DNA of 64,000 bases from Planctomycetota bacterium (GTDB taxonomy: Bacteria; Planctomycetota; B15-G4; SIAN01), in assembly GCA_031409275.1 (NCBI GenBank), contig JANNXA010000020.1, positions 1 through 64,000 on the forward strand, written 5' to 3'. Below, in pieces: positions 12,347-21,570 of this stretch (position 1 is its first letter; each line of letters opens with the position of its first letter). The notes beneath the pieces are model-generated. The model saw nothing but the letters and a program-made list of their open reading frames with translations, ran no database searches and was not told the DNA's origin. The position numbers and the translations under genes are program-made.

Positions 12347-12897
12347 AGTACTTCGTCACCCTGCACGGTGAAACGATCGAGGTCGAGCTCGACGCCACGA
12401 AGGAGGGCGTCACCCCGGCGCAACTCCATCGGCGGGGGGCGGCTCCAGGCGACGCTGGCACGACTCGCACCGATCACCGGCTCGAGCTGCGGTCGATCGA
12501 TGGCCTGCGCCACGGCGCGCTGCGGCTCGACGGTCGCGTCCACGACGTGCTGATGACGGAAGACGCGCGCGGCATGCAGGTCACGGTCGACGGCACGCGC
12601 TTCGAAGTCGCCGTCGAGGACGAGCGCGAGCGTGCCGCCCACCTCGCCGCCGCGAGCGCCCCCAAGGGGCCGATCACCGTGCGCGCGATGATGCCCGGCA
12701 TCCTGCGCGCGGTGCTGGTGAAGGCGGGCGACGCGGTCGTGGCCGGTCAGCCGCTCGTCATCCTCGAAGCGATGAAGATGGAGAACGAGCTGCGCGCCGA
12801 GCACGCCGGCATCGTTCGCGAAGTGAAGGCGACCGCGGGCACCGCCGTCGACAGCGGCGCCGCGCTGGTCGTGATCGAGCCGCCGAAGGGCGCGTGA
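12343..12897 (+). CDS. Biotin carboxyl carrier protein
   Basis: EAMKMENE biotinylation motif; GTGA coupling to the upstream gene. Confidence 0.93.
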   Translation: MKYFVTLHGETIEVELDATKEGVTPAQLHRRGAAPGDAGTTRTDHRLELRSIDGLRHGALRLDGRVHDVLMTEDARGMQVTVDGTRFEVAVEDERERAAHLAAASAPKGPITVRAMMPGILRAVLVKAGDAVVAGQPLVILEAMKMENELRAEHAGIVREVKATAGTAVDSGAALVVIEPPKGA

Positions 12898-12993
12898 CCC
12901 GGGTTCCTGCCGGCCGGCGATTGCAACCTCTCGCGACTTTGCGACTACTCGTGTCGTCCGCGCGCTGCCGATGGTGGAGCGGGAGGGCACGCG

Positions 12994-14601
12994 ATGGTCT
13001 CGACGAGTCGGTCGGGAGCGGCCGCAGTGGCGCGCGCTCTGGTCTTCATGGCGGTGGTGGCCGCCGCCACGTTGCGTGGCGTCGTCGCCGCGGTCGCCGC
13101 TGACGATCGTGTCGCCTGCGTCTTCGCGCCGTCGCTTCCGGACGCGGAGCGGTTGGCGGCGCTCGATGAGCTGCTGGCGGAAGGGGTGCGGCCGGTGGTG
13201 TTCGCGCCGCTGTTGCACGATCGCTGCGAAGCGCTGGTGGCGCAGCTGCTGCGGCGCGCCGATCCGGAGGCCTTTCCGGAAGCGGTCGAGCGCGCGGTCG
13301 AACTGCTGATCGCAGGCGGCGGCGAAGCGCTGAAGCACCAGGCGCTGCTGCTGATCCGGCGGCGCGCGGGCGACGACGACGCCGAGCGGCTCTTCGCGGC
13401 GGCCGTGCAATACGACGGAACTCTCGCCCGCCACGCGCTGCGGCTGGTGGAGACACTGCCCGTCGAGCAACGCGCTCGCCTGCTGGCCGCGGCGCTGACC
13501 GAGACGAGTTCGTTGCCGTCGCTGCGCGTCGCGGCGCGGCTCGCGTGCGGCGTCGCGATGGCCGCGGTCGAGCGCGTGGCGCTGATCAGTGCGGCGCAGC
13601 GTCGGGTCGAGTCGGGCGAGGAGGCGCGCATCGGCGTCGCTTGCGGCATCTGGCTCGCGCTCGATCCGATCAGTCCGCTCGCGCGCAACGCGCTGCGAAC
13701 CCTGGCGCGCTCGCAGCGTGACGAACGGCGCTTCGCCGCGATGGAGGCGTGCCAGGTCGAACTGCCCGATCGTGCGCGCGACTTCGCGCTCGACCTCGTC
13801 GCCGAGCGGCTCGAAGACGTCGAGTGGCCGGTGCGCAAAGCGGCGATCGAAGCGGCGGGAGCATTGCAGCTGCCGCGTGCGGCGCCATTGCTGTTGGCGC
13901 GCATGGAGCAAGAGCGCGAGCGGTCGCTGCTGCTGCGGGATGCGGCGCGTGCGCTGCGACGGTTGACTGGGGCGCCATTGCGCGACACGGCCGGCGACTG
14001 GCGGCGCTGGCTCGCCGATCATCCCGACTTCGTGCCGCCATCGCGTGGCGAGGTCGACGAGCTCGAGGCTCGCCTCGAACGGCAGGCGCGAAGCGGCACC
14101 GGCGGCGACTTCTTCGCAGTGCCGGTCCGCTCCGACCGCGTGATGCTGTTGATCGACGCGTCGGGGAGCATGGGCGCCGATGGCAAGCTCGAACGCGCGT
14201 GCGCCGAAGCGGCGGCGCTGATCGACGCGCTCCCGTCCACGGCGCGGTTGAACCTGCTCTTCTTCGACAGCCATCTGCGCCAGTTCGCGGCGCACGCGCA
14301 GATGCTGGACGCCCCGACACGGGCGCGCGCCAGGCGTTTCCTCGAAGCGCAGGCACCGGGCGGCGGCACGAACCTGCACGGCGCGCTCGTCGCGGCGCTC
14401 GACGACCCGGAAGTGGATACGGTCTACTTGCTCTCCGATGGTGCGCCGTCGTCGGGCACCATCCGCGATCCGCTGGCGCTGCGCCGCGACATCGCGCGCC
14501 GCAATCGATTGAAGGGCGTGGTGATCCACGCCATCTCGCAAGGTGGCGACCGCGAACTGCTGGCCGGACTCGCGCAGGATTCGGGCGGGACGCTGAGGTA
14601 G
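12994..14601 (+). CDS. Exported HEAT-repeat + von Willebrand factor A domain protein
   Basis: Signal-like N-terminus, HEAT-like WPVRKAAIEAAG, MIDAS DASGSM...GGTN...LSDG. Confidence 0.8.
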   Translation: MVSTSRSGAAAVARALVFMAVVAAATLRGVVAAVAADDRVACVFAPSLPDAERLAALDELLAEGVRPVVFAPLLHDRCEALVAQLLRRADPEAFPEAVERAVELLIAGGGEALKHQALLLIRRRAGDDDAERLFAAAVQYDGTLARHALRLVETLPVEQRARLLAAALTETSSLPSLRVAARLACGVAMAAVERVALISAAQRRVESGEEARIGVACGIWLALDPISPLARNALRTLARSQRDERRFAAMEACQVELPDRARDFALDLVAERLEDVEWPVRKAAIEAAGALQLPRAAPLLLARMEQERERSLLLRDAARALRRLTGAPLRDTAGDWRRWLADHPDFVPPSRGEVDELEARLERQARSGTGGDFFAVPVRSDRVMLLIDASGSMGADGKLERACAEAAALIDALPSTARLNLLFFDSHLRQFAAHAQMLDAPTRARARRFLEAQAPGGGTNLHGALVAALDDPEVDTVYLLSDGAPSSGTIRDPLALRRDIARRNRLKGVVIHAISQGGDRELLAGLAQDSGGTLR

Positions 14602-14632
14602 CGCCCCGCCCGCGCGAATCGGGCGCGACGGC

Positions 14633-15637
14633 CTACTTCGTCGGGAAGTCGAGCTTCAGCGAAGTGGCGCCGAGTTCCAGGACGAAGCCTGCAGTGGACT
14701 CCCGGTCGCTGCTTCCAATGGACGCAAGGCGGGACGGCGTGGCACCGTCGAGCGACAATGTCGCGATCACGTTCTTCATCGTCGCGTCGAGCAGTTCGAT
14801 CTTCACGGTGCGTGCGGCGGCCGGTCCCTTGGCGACGGTGTCGTCGAACCAGGCGACCAGTTCCTTGGGGCTCGTTTCCGCGAATTCCACCTGGAACGGC
14901 GTGATGCGAACCGTGGGTGATCCCGACCGCTCGCGCTCCTTGCCGGTGATCGAAGGAGCGGCGATTTGAAACTGAGCTTCGATCGCGCCGATCGAGCGGA
15001 CCCGATCGCAGTTGATGCCGTCGATCTTGAGGCGGAAGTTGGACGCCATCGCGCTCTTCGACTTCGCGCCGACCTTCGCGGTCTGCGCCTCGCCCCCCTC
15101 TTCCCACTTCAGCGACGTCGCGCCCAGGACGATCCTCAGGTCGAGAGCCTCCTTCGACGCGCCATCGAGTTTCGGCAGCGTGATCGACCGGATCGCCATC
15201 TCCCGAAGGCGATGGATGATCGTCGATTTGCCGCCGACGTCGATCGCCTGGATCGAACCATCCTTGAGCTTCGCCGTGCCCGAAAGCGCTTCGCCAAGCC
15301 ACTTCGCCAATGCCGGTTCGAGTTGCAGGGGGGCGTCGACCGTGAAGTCCTCGCAACGCAGCGCCGGCAGAGCGGAACGGCGGACTGCCGATCCGTCCCC
15401 GCTTTGCGACTCGAGTCGCTGAGCGGTCCCGTTGAAGCGGTGCAGCGATTGTTGCTGGCCGTCGAGTTCGAGCACGAACGAGTTGGCGCCGGTGTTCCGT
15501 CGGACGGCGGTCGCTTGCGCCGTGCCGGCGGTGGCGGGCGGTGGTGCGACCGGCGGTGCTTTGGGATCGCCCTGCGCCAGGCCATCGCCACCGAACAGGG
15601 AGAGGAACGTGAGCAAGAGGTTCGACGCGGATGGCAT
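14633..15637 (-). CDS. Tandem phage tail-tube (T4 gp19/Afp1-like) domain protein with N-terminal export-like leader
   Basis: Two homologous halves (NSFVLELDG/SNFRLKIDG; LAKWL/LVAWF; KDGSIQAID/RTVKIELLD; IVLGATSLK/LELGATSLK) and a PKLDGASKE motif. Leader is MPSASNLLLTFLSLFGGDGLA-Q followed by a Pro-rich linker. AGGAG RBS. Confidence 0.65.
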   Translation of the reverse strand: MPSASNLLLTFLSLFGGDGLAQGDPKAPPVAPPPATAGTAQATAVRRNTGANSFVLELDGQQQSLHRFNGTAQRLESQSGDGSAVRRSALPALRCEDFTVDAPLQLEPALAKWLGEALSGTAKLKDGSIQAIDVGGKSTIIHRLREMAIRSITLPKLDGASKEALDLRIVLGATSLKWEEGGEAQTAKVGAKSKSAMASNFRLKIDGINCDRVRSIGAIEAQFQIAAPSITGKERERSGSPTVRITPFQVEFAETSPKELVAWFDDTVAKGPAAARTVKIELLDATMKNVIATLSLDGATPSRLASIGSSDRESTAGFVLELGATSLKLDFPTK

Positions 15638-15813
15638 GAGACTTCTCCTGCGAGAGTAGAAGCGGAGCGGGGACGCTACCGGAATCTAGAGGTCGACCCG
15701 TTTCGCCGGAACGGGCCTTCGCGCGGCTCAACTTCTTGCGTGAGCCGCGGGCTGCAGCGATTCGGCGTAGGTGGCCGACGCATCCCCGCGTCGATCAGGA
15801 GAGAGTCCGACTC

Positions 15814-16737
15814 ATGAACCTCCATCACCACGAACGCAAACGAGCCATGCCGGACCGCCGCGCCTGGCTCGCCACCGCCTGCGCCCTCCTGCTCGGTTGC
15901 AGCGGTGGCAGCGACGGCAGCGGCGGCAGCGGCGAATCGTCGGATCGCGAAGCCGCCGCGGCAGGGACGCGCGCATGGCACCATCCGCTTGGCGCGACGC
16001 TCGCCGTGCCGGAGGATTGGGAGACGATGGCGACGGCGGGTTCGTCGGCGTTCCTGCCACCCGGCGTGCGCAACGCGGCGGGAGAGCTGATCGAAGTGGC
16101 GTCGTTCGTCTACCTGCCCGCCGCGGGAATCGCGTCGATCGATCAGGAAGCATTGGTTGCCACCGCGGACCGCGAAGTGGCGTCGATGGCGGCGAGTGCG
16201 CGTCGCCTCGGCGCCGGCGAGACGGTGAAGCTCGCCGATCGCGCCGGGCTGGTACTGCGCTACGAAACGGCCGAGAGCGGGATCCCCGGCCGGGTCGACC
16301 TCTACGCGACGCTGCACGACGGTCTGGCGATCGGGCTCCTGGTGGTGGGCCAACGCGATCGCGTCGCCGCCGATGTCGAGGCGATGGGGGCGCTGTTCCA
16401 GACGCTGCGACTCGGCGCCGCGCAGCGCGACACCTCGCTCGTCTCGACGTGGACGCGCGGGGAGTCCTACGTCAGCAGCGGCTTCAGCATCGCCACGGAG
16501 TCGCGTCTCGTGCTCGGCGGCGACGGCCGCTACTCGCGCTCGAGCCAGGCCGCAGGCGGCGACGCCGGATCGAGTTTCGACAGCAATGGCGACGACGAGG
16601 CGGGGCAGTGGTGCGCCGCCGATGGAGCGCTCGTCCTGCTGGGCGATGCCGGCGTGGTCACGGCGTGGACCTACCGCCTCGTCGACGGAACGCTGGTGCT
16701 CCACGACGCCTCTGGCAACCGCACGCTCTGGCAGTAG
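15814..16737 (+). CDS. Lipoprotein, possibly Tat-exported; PsbP-like plus lipocalin-like beta domains
   Basis: DRRAWL twin-Arg-like motif, lipobox LLGC, LAVPEDW, LVSTW...GQW. Alternative start at 15847. Confidence 0.7.
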   Translation: MNLHHHERKRAMPDRRAWLATACALLLGCSGGSDGSGGSGESSDREAAAAGTRAWHHPLGATLAVPEDWETMATAGSSAFLPPGVRNAAGELIEVASFVYLPAAGIASIDQEALVATADREVASMAASARRLGAGETVKLADRAGLVLRYETAESGIPGRVDLYATLHDGLAIGLLVVGQRDRVAADVEAMGALFQTLRLGAAQRDTSLVSTWTRGESYVSSGFSIATESRLVLGGDGRYSRSSQAAGGDAGSSFDSNGDDEAGQWCAADGALVLLGDAGVVTAWTYRLVDGTLVLHDASGNRTLWQ

Positions 16738-16838
16738 CGGCGCCGTCGCCGCGAGCGTGAGCTCTCGTCGCCGCCGTTCCGGCGGATCGATTCGTGCGCG
16801 GGCAGATCGCCCGATCGCGATTCCGAGGAGTGTCGCTC

Positions 16839-18797
16839 ATGCTGCGTTGTCTTGCGATTGCCGTCGCCGTGCTCGCCTCCGATCGCGCCTTGGCGCAGGT
16901 CCCGCCGAAGCCGCCGATCGTCAAGCCTCCGACCGAGCTGCCGCGCAAGATCGAGCTGCCGAGTGGCGCGGCCTTCGCGATCGAAGCCGTGACGCCAAAC
17001 GCCTTGGCGGTGCGGCCGGGCAAGCAGGTCGCCTGCTCGTTCGAAGGCGCGAAGCTCGACGAGGTCGAGGAGTTCCGCGTCACGCGCGGCGGCGCGGTCG
17101 AGGCCGGCTGGAAGTTCACCAAGGCGCTGGCGAGCAGTTCGCTGCTCTCGCTCAAGCTCACCGCGCCCGCGAATGCGGCGGCGGGTGCGGTGCAGCTCGA
17201 GCTGCGCCGCAGCACCAGTCCGGCAAAGCTCTTCCAGCAGGTCGCACTCAAGCTGCGGGTCGACCTTCCGGTCACGCACTCGATCGCGACGCCGAAGGTC
17301 GCGAGCAAGCCGGGCGGCCGCGCCATCGGGGGGAGCGAGAAGATCGTCGGGGCGGCGGCTCCTGCGCGGAACGAACTCGCCACCAGGCTTCCGGCGTCGA
17401 AGGGGCGCGACCTTCCTCGCTCGATCGAGCTCGAGAAGGTCACCGGCATCCGCGTCGATGAGTTCCGTCCGCGCCAGCGCGGCGCGCTCGGAGGCACGTT
17501 CGAGATCAAAGGCAGCGGCCTCGAGAAGGCCACCGGCGTGCGCCTCGGCGATCTCGACCTCGAACTCGTCACCCGCAGCGACACGCGCATCGTCGGCCGC
17601 TTCCCGACCGGGGTCGAGACGCTCGGCGGCGGCCTGTCGATCCGCACCGAGAAGATCCCGGTGCCGCTCGACAGCGCCTACGAGGTGGTCGACGCCTTCG
17701 CCCGCTTCGAACCGAAGCTGACGCTGCTGCACGCGCCGAGCCCGCTGCAGGGGCCCGCGCTCCGCGCCGACGGCCGCGTCTACGACCGCGCCAACTACAT
17801 CATCGCCTTCACCGTCGAGCAGGTGCCGGGCACCGAGTGCACGATGTCGCTCGATTCCTATGTCGACGGCTTCGAGGCGGGCTCGACCATCGCGGCCGGT
17901 GAGCTGCTGAGGTTCAACGAGCTCGGCGTCAATCTCAATGGCGCGCTGCTCGCCGCGCGGCCGCGCCTGCGCGTCACCGGCGGCGATCCGGCGCTGCGCC
18001 TCTCGAAGAGCTTCACGCTCGAGCTGCCGATCGAGTTTGCGCCACGCGAGACCGTCACGCTCGAGGAGACCTGGCCGCTGCACGAGATCTGGTCGTTCGA
18101 GCAGACGTGGGGGTGGGGGCAGACCAGCGGCACTTCCGACTTCGGCGCCGGCAAGGTGCAGGTCGGGATGGTGAACGCGGGCGGCGACCTCGCGTTCCGC
18201 ATCGCGAGCGGGCCGATCGGCACCGAAGCGGTCTTTCGCAGCATGCTCTCCAAGCTGAAGAACGGCTGGACCGTCGAATCGCTCGAGTGGGTCGAAGAGT
18301 GCGTGGCCCCGGATGGGCAGCCGGCGAAGGCGCGCGCGCTGACCGTGGAACCGAGCGTGGCGAACTTCTTCGAGATCGGCGTCGGCAACGAAGAGGCGGG
18401 CCGTGCGCCAGGCAACTTCTACGTGCCCGGCATTCCTGAAATGTTCCAGACGATGTTCGACCGCACGTTCCGCTCGATCCCGGCGCTGATGCGCCCCTTC
18501 GGCGTCGCGGCCAACGACGCGTTCCTCTGGCGCCGCCCGATGGTGTGGATGGACTACGACGAGCGCACCGAAGGCAACCGTCCGATCTACGGACTCGAGT
18601 CGAGCAACTGGCTGCGCTCGATGTTCATCGCAATGAAGGCCGAAGCGACCGCGCTGAACGACCATCGCGTGACCGTGCGCCTGGCGCGGGCCGTTTTCAA
18701 GGGGCCGCCCGGCGAGGAGATCTCCTCGCTCTTCGCGACGACCATCACCGACGAGCGCGACCAGATCGAGCTGATCCCGAAGCAGGTGGTGCGCTGA
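16839..18797 (+). CDS. Secreted multi-domain beta protein with IPT/TIG-like domains
   Basis: GAGGAG RBS, signal peptide ending ALA-Q, IPT-like VDEFRP...TFEIKGSGL..ATGVRLG. Confidence 0.7.
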   Translation: MLRCLAIAVAVLASDRALAQVPPKPPIVKPPTELPRKIELPSGAAFAIEAVTPNALAVRPGKQVACSFEGAKLDEVEEFRVTRGGAVEAGWKFTKALASSSLLSLKLTAPANAAAGAVQLELRRSTSPAKLFQQVALKLRVDLPVTHSIATPKVASKPGGRAIGGSEKIVGAAAPARNELATRLPASKGRDLPRSIELEKVTGIRVDEFRPRQRGALGGTFEIKGSGLEKATGVRLGDLDLELVTRSDTRIVGRFPTGVETLGGGLSIRTEKIPVPLDSAYEVVDAFARFEPKLTLLHAPSPLQGPALRADGRVYDRANYIIAFTVEQVPGTECTMSLDSYVDGFEAGSTIAAGELLRFNELGVNLNGALLAARPRLRVTGGDPALRLSKSFTLELPIEFAPRETVTLEETWPLHEIWSFEQTWGWGQTSGTSDFGAGKVQVGMVNAGGDLAFRIASGPIGTEAVFRSMLSKLKNGWTVESLEWVEECVAPDGQPAKARALTVEPSVANFFEIGVGNEEAGRAPGNFYVPGIPEMFQTMFDRTFRSIPALMRPFGVAANDAFLWRRPMVWMDYDERTEGNRPIYGLESSNWLRSMFIAMKAEATALNDHRVTVRLARAVFKGPPGEEISSLFATTITDERDQIELIPKQVVR

Positions 18798-18919
18798 TTT
18801 CCCCAGCGCCCGCCGCCCCCTTCGGCAGCTCACCCCTCCCGCGCTATCCTCCCGCGCTTCCGTCGCCCCTTCGAACGGCAGTGCCGTACGGGCGGCGGCT
18901 CCACCCACGATCCAGGACC

Positions 18920-20596
18920 ATGACGCCGACCACCCCGCCGACTCCTGATTTCAAGGCCGAGCTCGAGACGTTGCTGGGCCTGAAGACGGTCACCTACAAG
19001 TACGGGCTCTCCAAGGAGCAGCTGTTCCACGAGGCGATCGCCAACGACCGCGGTCGCGTGAAGAAGGACGGTCCGAGCAACGCGCAGAAGGCCTACCCGA
19101 CCAAGCTCGGCACCAAGGGCCCGCTGGTCTACTACACCGATCCCGACTGCACGGGCCGGCGCGTCAAGGACACCTACGCGGTCAAGTGGCCGGAAGTCGC
19201 GGACGTCATCTGGTGGAAGGACGACGTCCAGCCCTACGACCCCGCCAAGTACCAGGGGCTCCTGAAGCGCGTCGTCGAGCACCTGAACGCCAAGAAGGCG
19301 TCGCTCTACGTGAAGGACGTCTTCGTCGGAGCCGACGCCGGCTTCGCGCTGCCCTATCGCTTCGTCGGCGAGTACGCCACGCACGCGATGTTCGCCCACA
19401 ACATGTTCCCGAAGGACCTCGTCGGCGTGGCCGACGTCGCGGCCCGGCGCTGGACCATGCTGAACGCGCCGTCGTTCGTTTGCGAGCCGGCGCGCGATGG
19501 CAGTCGCTCCGAAGCGGCGATCATCATCGACGTCAAGAACCGCATCTGCCTCGTGGCGGGTCGCGCCGACTACTGCGGCGTGGTGAAGAAGACGATCTTC
19601 ACCGTCGGCAACTACCTGCTGCCGCTGCAGGGGCGCCTGTCGATGCACTGCTCGGCCAACGTCGGCATGAAGGGCGACGCCGCGATCCTCTTCGGCCTCT
19701 CCGGCACCGGCAAGACCACGCTCTCGGCCGATCCGAACCGCCGCCTGATCGGCGACGACGAGACGATCTGGAGCGACAACGGGCTGTGCAACCTCGAGGA
19801 CGGCTGCTACGCGAAGCTGATCGACCTCAACAAGGAGGCCGAGCCGGTCATCGCCGCCGCGCTCAGCAAGCCCGGCACCATCATCGAGAACGTGCCGCCC
19901 GCGAAGGGCAAGCGGATGGAGGAGTGCGACCCGCAGGAACTCGACCTGACCGACAAGTCGATCACCGAGAACACCCGCTTCAGCTATCCGCTGAGCGCCA
20001 ATCCCAACGTGATGCCCAACGCGCAGGGGCCCCATCCCGAGACGATCGTGATGCTGACCGCGGACGCCTTCGGCGTGCTGCCGCCCGTGTCGATCCTCGA
20101 TCCTGATCAGGCGATGTACCACTTCGTGTCGGGCTTCACCGCGAAGCTCGCCGGCACCGAGGTCGGCATCACCGAGCCCAAGGCCGCGTTCTCCGCCTGC
20201 TTCGGCGCGCCCTTCATGGCGCAGAAGCCGCCGGTCTACGCCAAGTTGCTGGCCGGCAAGATGCAGAAGCACAAGGCGCGCTGCATCCTGCTCAACACCG
20301 GCTGGAGCGGCGGCCCGTACGGCGTCGGCAAGCGCATGTCGATCGGCCACACGCGCGCGCTGCTGAACGCGGCGCTCGAGGGCAAGCTCGACGGCGTCGA
20401 GTGCGAGGTCCACCCGATCTTCAAGGTGAAGGTCCCGAAGAGCTGCCCAGGCGTGCCGGCCGAGGTGCTCAACCCGAAGAACACCTGGAAGGACAAGGCG
20501 GCCTACGACGTCGCGGCGACGAAGCTGCGCGACATGTTCCGCAAGAACTTCGAGGACAAGAAGTTCGGGGAGCTGGGCATCAAGCCCGCCATGTGA
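18920..20596 (+). CDS. pckA: Phosphoenolpyruvate carboxykinase (ATP)
   Basis: MHCSAN, FGLSGTGKTTLSAD, LIGDDE, GCYAK, TENTR, DAFGVLPP, FSACFGAPF, NTGWSGG. Confidence 0.93.
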   Translation: MTPTTPPTPDFKAELETLLGLKTVTYKYGLSKEQLFHEAIANDRGRVKKDGPSNAQKAYPTKLGTKGPLVYYTDPDCTGRRVKDTYAVKWPEVADVIWWKDDVQPYDPAKYQGLLKRVVEHLNAKKASLYVKDVFVGADAGFALPYRFVGEYATHAMFAHNMFPKDLVGVADVAARRWTMLNAPSFVCEPARDGSRSEAAIIIDVKNRICLVAGRADYCGVVKKTIFTVGNYLLPLQGRLSMHCSANVGMKGDAAILFGLSGTGKTTLSADPNRRLIGDDETIWSDNGLCNLEDGCYAKLIDLNKEAEPVIAAALSKPGTIIENVPPAKGKRMEECDPQELDLTDKSITENTRFSYPLSANPNVMPNAQGPHPETIVMLTADAFGVLPPVSILDPDQAMYHFVSGFTAKLAGTEVGITEPKAAFSACFGAPFMAQKPPVYAKLLAGKMQKHKARCILLNTGWSGGPYGVGKRMSIGHTRALLNAALEGKLDGVECEVHPIFKVKVPKSCPGVPAEVLNPKNTWKDKAAYDVAATKLRDMFRKNFEDKKFGELGIKPAM

Positions 20597-20608
20597 TCGG
20601 CGGCTTGC

Positions 20609-21537
20609 GGCGGCTTGCGGCGAGGCTGCATCTGCGTTGTCGGCGCGCCCATCGCTGTGTCCTTGCGGACACAGCTTCGGGACACGCCTCCTAGCAGCTG
20701 CAGCCTCGGCGCTGCGCCGCGGGGCGGCTTGAGGCGGCGGGTCATCGGCTACAGACGCTCGCGGGTACGCGAGACGTCGGAGCGCCCTCGCAGTGGCCTG
20801 CGGACACAGTGTCGGGCGAGCCTCCTCGCAGCTGACCCACCGGCGCTGCGCCGCCCTCGTCGCGCGACGGGGTCTCGGGCGACCCCGCGTTGGTTGCTTC
20901 GCCGAGCCGTCCGCGGCCTCCGCGAGAGCCACTCAACCTCGCGTCCTGCGCCCATCTGGCCGGCGCGAGAAGCCGCCACCGTTCGCCCGCTCGGTGTTGG
21001 CCTTCAGCTGCGAACGCTGCGGCCCATCCGGGCCGCAGCCGTTCGCCAACTGCAAGGCCCGAGAGGGCAGCCGCGCACCGCGCGGTCTGCCCGGCGCGAG
21101 CGTTGAGCTGCGAGCGCGAAGCGCTCGTCAGCTCCAACGCTGTCTTCGGGACACGCCTCCTAGCAGCTGCAGCCTCGGCGCTGCGCCGCGGGGCGGCTTG
21201 CGGCGAGGGCTCGTCTGCGTTGTCGGAGTACCCATCGCAGAGTCCTGCGGACACAGCTTCGGGAACTCCTCCTAGCAGCCGAACCCCCGGCGCTGCGCCG
21301 CGGGGCGGCTTGCGGCGAGGGCTCGTCTGCGTTGTCGGCGCGCCCATCGCGGTGTCCTTGCGGACACAGTGTCGGGCGCTCCTCCTCGCAGCTGACCCAC
21401 CGGCGCCGCGCCGCCCTCGTTGCGCGACGGGGTCTCAGGCGACCCCGCGTTGGTTCCTTCGCCGGGCTGTCCGCGGCCGTCGCGAGAGCCACTCATCCTC
21501 GCGTCCTTGCCCCATCTGGCCGGCGCGAGAACCCGCC
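20609..21537. repeat. Composite intergenic repeat array: ~113-bp units and two ~175-bp modules around a hairpin cluster
   Basis: 57 identical nt at 20675-20731 and 21144-21200. CGGACACAG core at 20666, 20801, 21248, 21361. Segment 20799-20977 is similar to 21359-21537. Confidence 0.9.
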
Positions 21538-21565
21538 GCTTCGATCGAGGACGAGAGCGGCGGGG
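21532..21565. terminator. GC-rich hairpin, probable terminator of the convergent minus-strand gene
   Basis: CCCGCCGCT...AGCGGCGGG inverted repeat immediately downstream of the stop at 21571. Confidence 0.45.
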
Positions 21566-21570
21566 GGGTG

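Noticed and set aside
12994..18797. Prophage, T6SS or eCIS locus
   Set aside because: Only a tube-like gene is present; there is no sheath, baseplate, spike, capsid, terminase or integrase.
20609..21537. CRISPR array, or protein-coding repeats (ORFs 20742..21347-, 20890..22521+)
   Set aside because: The units are over 100 bp, lack unique spacers and have no cas genes; the translated frames are low-complexity and inconsistent between copies.
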